A stretch of 64,000 nt of DNA from Blastocatellia bacterium (GTDB lineage Bacteria; Acidobacteriota; Blastocatellia; UBA7656): NCBI GenBank assembly GCA_963804815.1, contig CAWDRU010000002.1:7126939-7190938 (forward strand). Direction: 5' to 3'. A model generated the notes under the pieces. It searched no databases and had not been told where the DNA came from. It saw nothing but the letters and a program-made list of their open reading frames with translations. Position numbers and translations under genes: made by a program. Below, one piece after another: positions 60,383-64,000 of the stretch. How positions within the stretch are numbered: position 1 is the first letter of the stretch; each line of letters starts with the position of its first letter.

Positions 60383-61348
60383 ATGCGACAACATATTCTT
60401 GGCATCGATCTTGGCGGAACCAAAGTCATGGCCGCCGTAATTGACGGCGACGGTCAGGTCATGAGCCGCGCACGAGCTAAGACCAAAGCGTGGCGCGATG
60501 ACGAAGGCGTATTTCAAACTATCGCTCAAACCGGGCGACTGGCCGTCGAGCAGGCGGGCATCGAATCATCCCGCCTGCGTGCGGTGGGCATAGGCGCGCC
60601 CGGCCCGCTCGACCCCGACACGGGCTACATAATCGAATCCTCAAACATGAAGTTCAAGAACTTCCCGCTCGGCCCTCGCCTTGCCGAAGTGTTCAAATGT
60701 CGGGCCATCGTTGACAATGATGTGAACGCAGGCGCTTACGGGGAATTCAGAAGAGGCGCAGCGCGCGGCGCAAGCGAAGTGGTGGCCATGTTTGTGGGTA
60801 CAGGCATCGGCGGCGGCCTGATCATAAACGGCGCGCTTTATCACGGAGCGAGCAAGAACGCGGGCGAGGTGGGCCACATCGTCGTCAAGGCGAACGGGCC
60901 TCGGTGCGGCTGCGGCGCGCGCGGATGCCTTGAATCGGTTGCCAGCCGCACGGCGATGACGCGCGACATAAGGCGCAGCATTGAGCGCGGGGAAAATACC
61001 TCGGTCAGAGATTTGCTGAAGAAGGACACGGATTCGCTTAGTGGCAATGATCTCAGGAAAGCATACGACGCAGGCGACGAGCTTGTGATAAAGACGCTTC
61101 ATCGCGCGGCGAAATTCATAGGCATCGGCATAGGAAGCCTCGTCAACCTGCTCGCGCCGGAGATAGTTGTGCTGGGTGGCGGAGTCATCGAGGCGATGAC
61201 GGATGATTTCCTTGCTCGAATAGATCGCTCGACCCGGCGCGTGGCTCTGGATTTTGCCACGAAGGATTTGAAGATAGTCCGCGCCGAACTTGGCGACGAC
61301 GCGGGCGTGATCGGGGCTGCGATGCTTGCGCGAGAAGCGCTGGGTTAA
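60383..61348 (+). CDS. ROK-family sugar kinase (glucokinase / N-acetylglucosamine kinase-like).
   Basis: ILGIDLGGTKVMAAVIDGDGQV is the ATP-binding N-terminus. The Zn motif ...GHIVVKANGPRCGCGARGCLE... (CxCGxxGCxE) is present. Confidence 0.85.
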   Translation: MRQHILGIDLGGTKVMAAVIDGDGQVMSRARAKTKAWRDDEGVFQTIAQTGRLAVEQAGIESSRLRAVGIGAPGPLDPDTGYIIESSNMKFKNFPLGPRLAEVFKCRAIVDNDVNAGAYGEFRRGAARGASEVVAMFVGTGIGGGLIINGALYHGASKNAGEVGHIVVKANGPRCGCGARGCLESVASRTAMTRDIRRSIERGENTSVRDLLKKDTDSLSGNDLRKAYDAGDELVIKTLHRAAKFIGIGIGSLVNLLAPEIVVLGGGVIEAMTDDFLARIDRSTRRVALDFATKDLKIVRAELGDDAGVIGAAMLAREALG

Positions 61349-61415
61349 AATCAACCAACGTTAACTGATATAATCCATAGCAAAGTGATATCGATCTGTA
61401 GTTGAGGGTAATGGG

Positions 61416-62873
61416 GTGAAATCACGTTTGAAACTCGATTTAATTTTATGCGTTATTTTTCTTACGGCGGTTGCCTGTCCGTCTTTTGCTCAGAAGAACA
61501 AGATAAAAGAGAGCGCCGTAAAGCAGTATAATCTCGGCATAGAGCTTGGCAGCAAAGAGCGATGGCAGGAGGCTGTTGAAGCCTATAAGAAGGCGATTCA
61601 AATCAGCTCGAATTTTGCCGACGCCTACAGTAATCTGGGCAATGCTTATGGAAAACTGGGCAATGACACAGAAGCCATAGCCGCTTACAATCAGGCGATT
61701 CGGATCAAGCCGGACTTTGCCGAAGCGTATTATAATCTCGGCAACGTTTACCTCAAACAGAAGCGGTATCAGGAAGCGATTGGCGTCTACGGCACGGCAT
61801 CGCAGTTGAAGCCGGACTTTGCCGAAGCGTTCAATAATCTTGGCCTTGCATACGGCGAGTTGAACCGATATGAACAGGCGACCGAAGCATACAAAGAAGC
61901 GATCCGCATCAAACCCGGCTACGCCGATTCGATCTATAATCTGGGTGATGCTTATGGAAAGCTCGGTCGCTGGGCTGAGGCAATCATAGCTTTCAAACAG
62001 GCGCTCACGGTCAAGCCTGATGCTGCGAAAGCTTACAACGGCATCGGGCTTGGATACGGCAATCTGAAAAGGTATCAAGATGCGATTGACGCTTTAAATC
62101 AGGCAGTCCAACTCAAGGCCGCTGATTCATTCACCTATAACAATCTCGGCGTGGCCTATAGCAATCTCGGTCGCCATCAGGAAGCCTTGAAAGCTTACAG
62201 GCAATCGGTCGAGATGAATCCTGAATCTGCCGACGCCTACTATAATCTGGGTCTGGCGCACGATAAGCTCGACCAGACCGGTGACGCGATAGAGGCATTC
62301 AAGCGCGCAATCCGTATTCGCCCGGTTGACGCGCGGACTCACCATGATCTGGCTCTGATGTATGGCAAACTCGGCAATCGCGAGCAGGAAGTGGATGAAC
62401 TGAAACAGGCGATACGCATAAATCCCAACTACGGCGATGCTCATCATAATCTGGGTCTGGCTTATTCAGAACTGGGTCGCTATCAGGAGGCGATAAATTC
62501 ATATAAGCAGGCGCTTCTGATCAGGCCGGATAATATCGAAACGTATATCGGCATGGGGTTCGCGTATAACGAACTGGGCCGTTATCAGGAAGCCGTAGAT
62601 GCGTATAAGCAGGCTCTGCGGTTCAAGCCCTCATCCGACAGGGCGTATTTCAGTATGGGCGTCTCTTACATGCATCTGGACCGGACGCAGGAAGCTGTGG
62701 AGGCTTTCAGGCATGCAATTCAATTCAATGCCGATTCTGCCGACGCTCATTTCAATCTGGGAGCCGCGTATGTTTATCTCAAAGACAGAGAACAATCGCT
62801 CAGGGAGTACGAGATTCTAAAGTCGCTCGATCCGGCTCTGGCAGAGAAGCTCCTGAAAATCATCCCCAAATGA
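61416..62873 (+). CDS. Exported tetratricopeptide-repeat protein.
   Basis: Signal peptide, then about 13 canonical 34-aa TPRs (...AYSNLGNAYGKLGNDTEAIAAYNQAIRIKPDFAEAYYNLGNVY...). Confidence 0.8.
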   Translation: MKSRLKLDLILCVIFLTAVACPSFAQKNKIKESAVKQYNLGIELGSKERWQEAVEAYKKAIQISSNFADAYSNLGNAYGKLGNDTEAIAAYNQAIRIKPDFAEAYYNLGNVYLKQKRYQEAIGVYGTASQLKPDFAEAFNNLGLAYGELNRYEQATEAYKEAIRIKPGYADSIYNLGDAYGKLGRWAEAIIAFKQALTVKPDAAKAYNGIGLGYGNLKRYQDAIDALNQAVQLKAADSFTYNNLGVAYSNLGRHQEALKAYRQSVEMNPESADAYYNLGLAHDKLDQTGDAIEAFKRAIRIRPVDARTHHDLALMYGKLGNREQEVDELKQAIRINPNYGDAHHNLGLAYSELGRYQEAINSYKQALLIRPDNIETYIGMGFAYNELGRYQEAVDAYKQALRFKPSSDRAYFSMGVSYMHLDRTQEAVEAFRHAIQFNADSADAHFNLGAAYVYLKDREQSLREYEILKSLDPALAEKLLKIIPK

Positions 62874-62943
62874 AAACGATAACAGGTGGCGTAGCATAAG
62901 CCACGCCACCTGCAAAAGTTGAATTGGAGTTTGAAGGATAGAT

Positions 62944-63897
62944 TCAGTTGTTTTGTGCCGCGTTTAGCAGGTGCTCAGGAGGCATGCGCAGGTCCCAGAC
63001 CAGTCGAAACCACGACATCACGCGCAATGTGTAGTAGCTGAAATCAATTTCCCACCAGAAGAATCCCTGCTTCACCGATGCCATATAGTGATGATGATTG
63101 TTGTGCCAGCCTTCGCCGCCTGTCCATAGCGCAATCCAGAAATTATTGCGACTGTCGTCCGTAGTCTTATACCGTCGGCTGCCCCACATATGCGCGAGCG
63201 AGTTTACCGTAAACGTCCCGTGATAAAGCAGCACAGTGCTGATGACGAATCCCCAGACAAGCCATTGCCATCCGCTTTCACCAAACAGAACGCCGCCAAA
63301 AAAACAGGCGACTGCCAGCGCGATGCCCGGTATCACGTGATAAGTGTTCAGCCATCTCAACTCGCGAAAGCGCGCGAAATCTTTGATCGCGTTCCAGTCC
63401 GTGGCATCGAATCTGCGGCTGATTACCCAGCCGACGTGCGACCACCAGAAGCCGTCTTTAACGGGCGAGTGAACGTCGCCTTCCTGATCCGTGTATTTGT
63501 GATGGCGGCGATGATGCGCAGCCCACCACAGCGGGCCTTTCTGAACGGCCATCGTGCCGAGCAGGGCGAACAGAAACTGAACGAATCGGCTCGTCTTGAA
63601 AGTGCGATGTGAAAAATAGCGATGAAACCCGGCGGTCAATCCAAACATTCGCACGGCATAAAGCCCGACGCACAGCAGCACCGCAGGAAGACTGACTCCT
63701 ACAAAGATGACGGTCAGGCATGCTACATGCATTAATATGAAGGGAACGGTTTTTGGCGAAAACGTGCCGCTGAGGTCTTCAACATAATCCGACTCAGGTT
63801 TAACCGGCTTGCTGGGTGCGAGCTTTGCTGCTGTCGCAAAAGTTGAATGTGATGGTTTCGGTAAAGTGGACGGCGGCGCAGATTTTATTTCTAGCAT
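62944..63897 (-). CDS. Membrane acyl-CoA (Delta9-type) fatty-acid desaturase.
   Basis: Three His boxes (HRYFSHR, HRRHHKYTD, HNNHHHY) plus TM helices. Confidence 0.85.
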   Translation of the reverse strand: MLEIKSAPPSTLPKPSHSTFATAAKLAPSKPVKPESDYVEDLSGTFSPKTVPFILMHVACLTVIFVGVSLPAVLLCVGLYAVRMFGLTAGFHRYFSHRTFKTSRFVQFLFALLGTMAVQKGPLWWAAHHRRHHKYTDQEGDVHSPVKDGFWWSHVGWVISRRFDATDWNAIKDFARFRELRWLNTYHVIPGIALAVACFFGGVLFGESGWQWLVWGFVISTVLLYHGTFTVNSLAHMWGSRRYKTTDDSRNNFWIALWTGGEGWHNNHHHYMASVKQGFFWWEIDFSYYTLRVMSWFRLVWDLRMPPEHLLNAAQNN

Positions 63898-64000
63898 TAT
63901 CTCTCCTACAAAGTATATATCCTAACAAATTCCTATAGCAGGCTGGAAGAAGAAAACGAAAAATAATTTTCATAGCTCGAATAATTGTATCAAACGGTTT

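Overview
The window is high-GC bacterial chromosome with a low-GC, IS-saturated accessory region at about 12.3-26.1 kb. An Acidobacteriota-like origin is inferred from two TonB-dependent receptors with N-terminal carboxypeptidase-regulatory-like domains, many TPR proteins, and a Reg_prop/Y_Y_Y sensor kinase.

Core genes seen: a recF-gyrB pair, rsmB, a NarL-type response regulator with a ~1040-aa propeller sensor kinase, a GH20 hexosaminidase, a ROK kinase, an acyl-CoA desaturase, two PLP threonine/serine-dehydratase paralogs, pirin, an APC amino-acid permease, an OYE-type flavin oxidoreductase and an animal-type haem peroxidase.

Accessory region: a low-GC block (12.3-16.7 kb) carrying a PEGA-like secreted protein, a Cys-rich 77-aa exported peptide and an XRE regulator. 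It is followed by an IS3 element with an A7 frameshift site that splits a 45-aa gene, a frameshifted tyrosine-integrase remnant, and a nest of IS630 (two kinds), IS4 (intact), IS256 and ISAs1-family elements and fragments. A second identical IS4 copy sits at 31.3-32.7 kb; both copies have clean 9-bp target-site duplications.

Most notable observations:
- An AhpD/CMD-family gene whose redox CxxC motif reads C-x-x-UGA, followed by a SECIS-like hairpin 10 nt downstream. This is a candidate selenoprotein.
- Two paralogous 44-56-aa acidic peptide genes (PFFxRFlE...KYPSD motif) driven by near-identical sigma70 promoters. One lies inside the IS nest; the other is divergent from the sensor-kinase operon.
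- A membrane-anchored TPR-CHAT protease operon with an unknown protein and a CpXC zinc-ribbon protein, divergent from a large polytopic coiled-coil/PKD-like membrane protein.
- An orphan LysW-like amino-group carrier protein.
- A molybdate mini-locus with a ModE-like palindrome and a truncated Mop (TOBE) remnant.

No rRNA, tRNA or CRISPR array was recognised. Coordinates of IS ends and non-ORF-track features are hand-derived and may be off by 1-2 nt.
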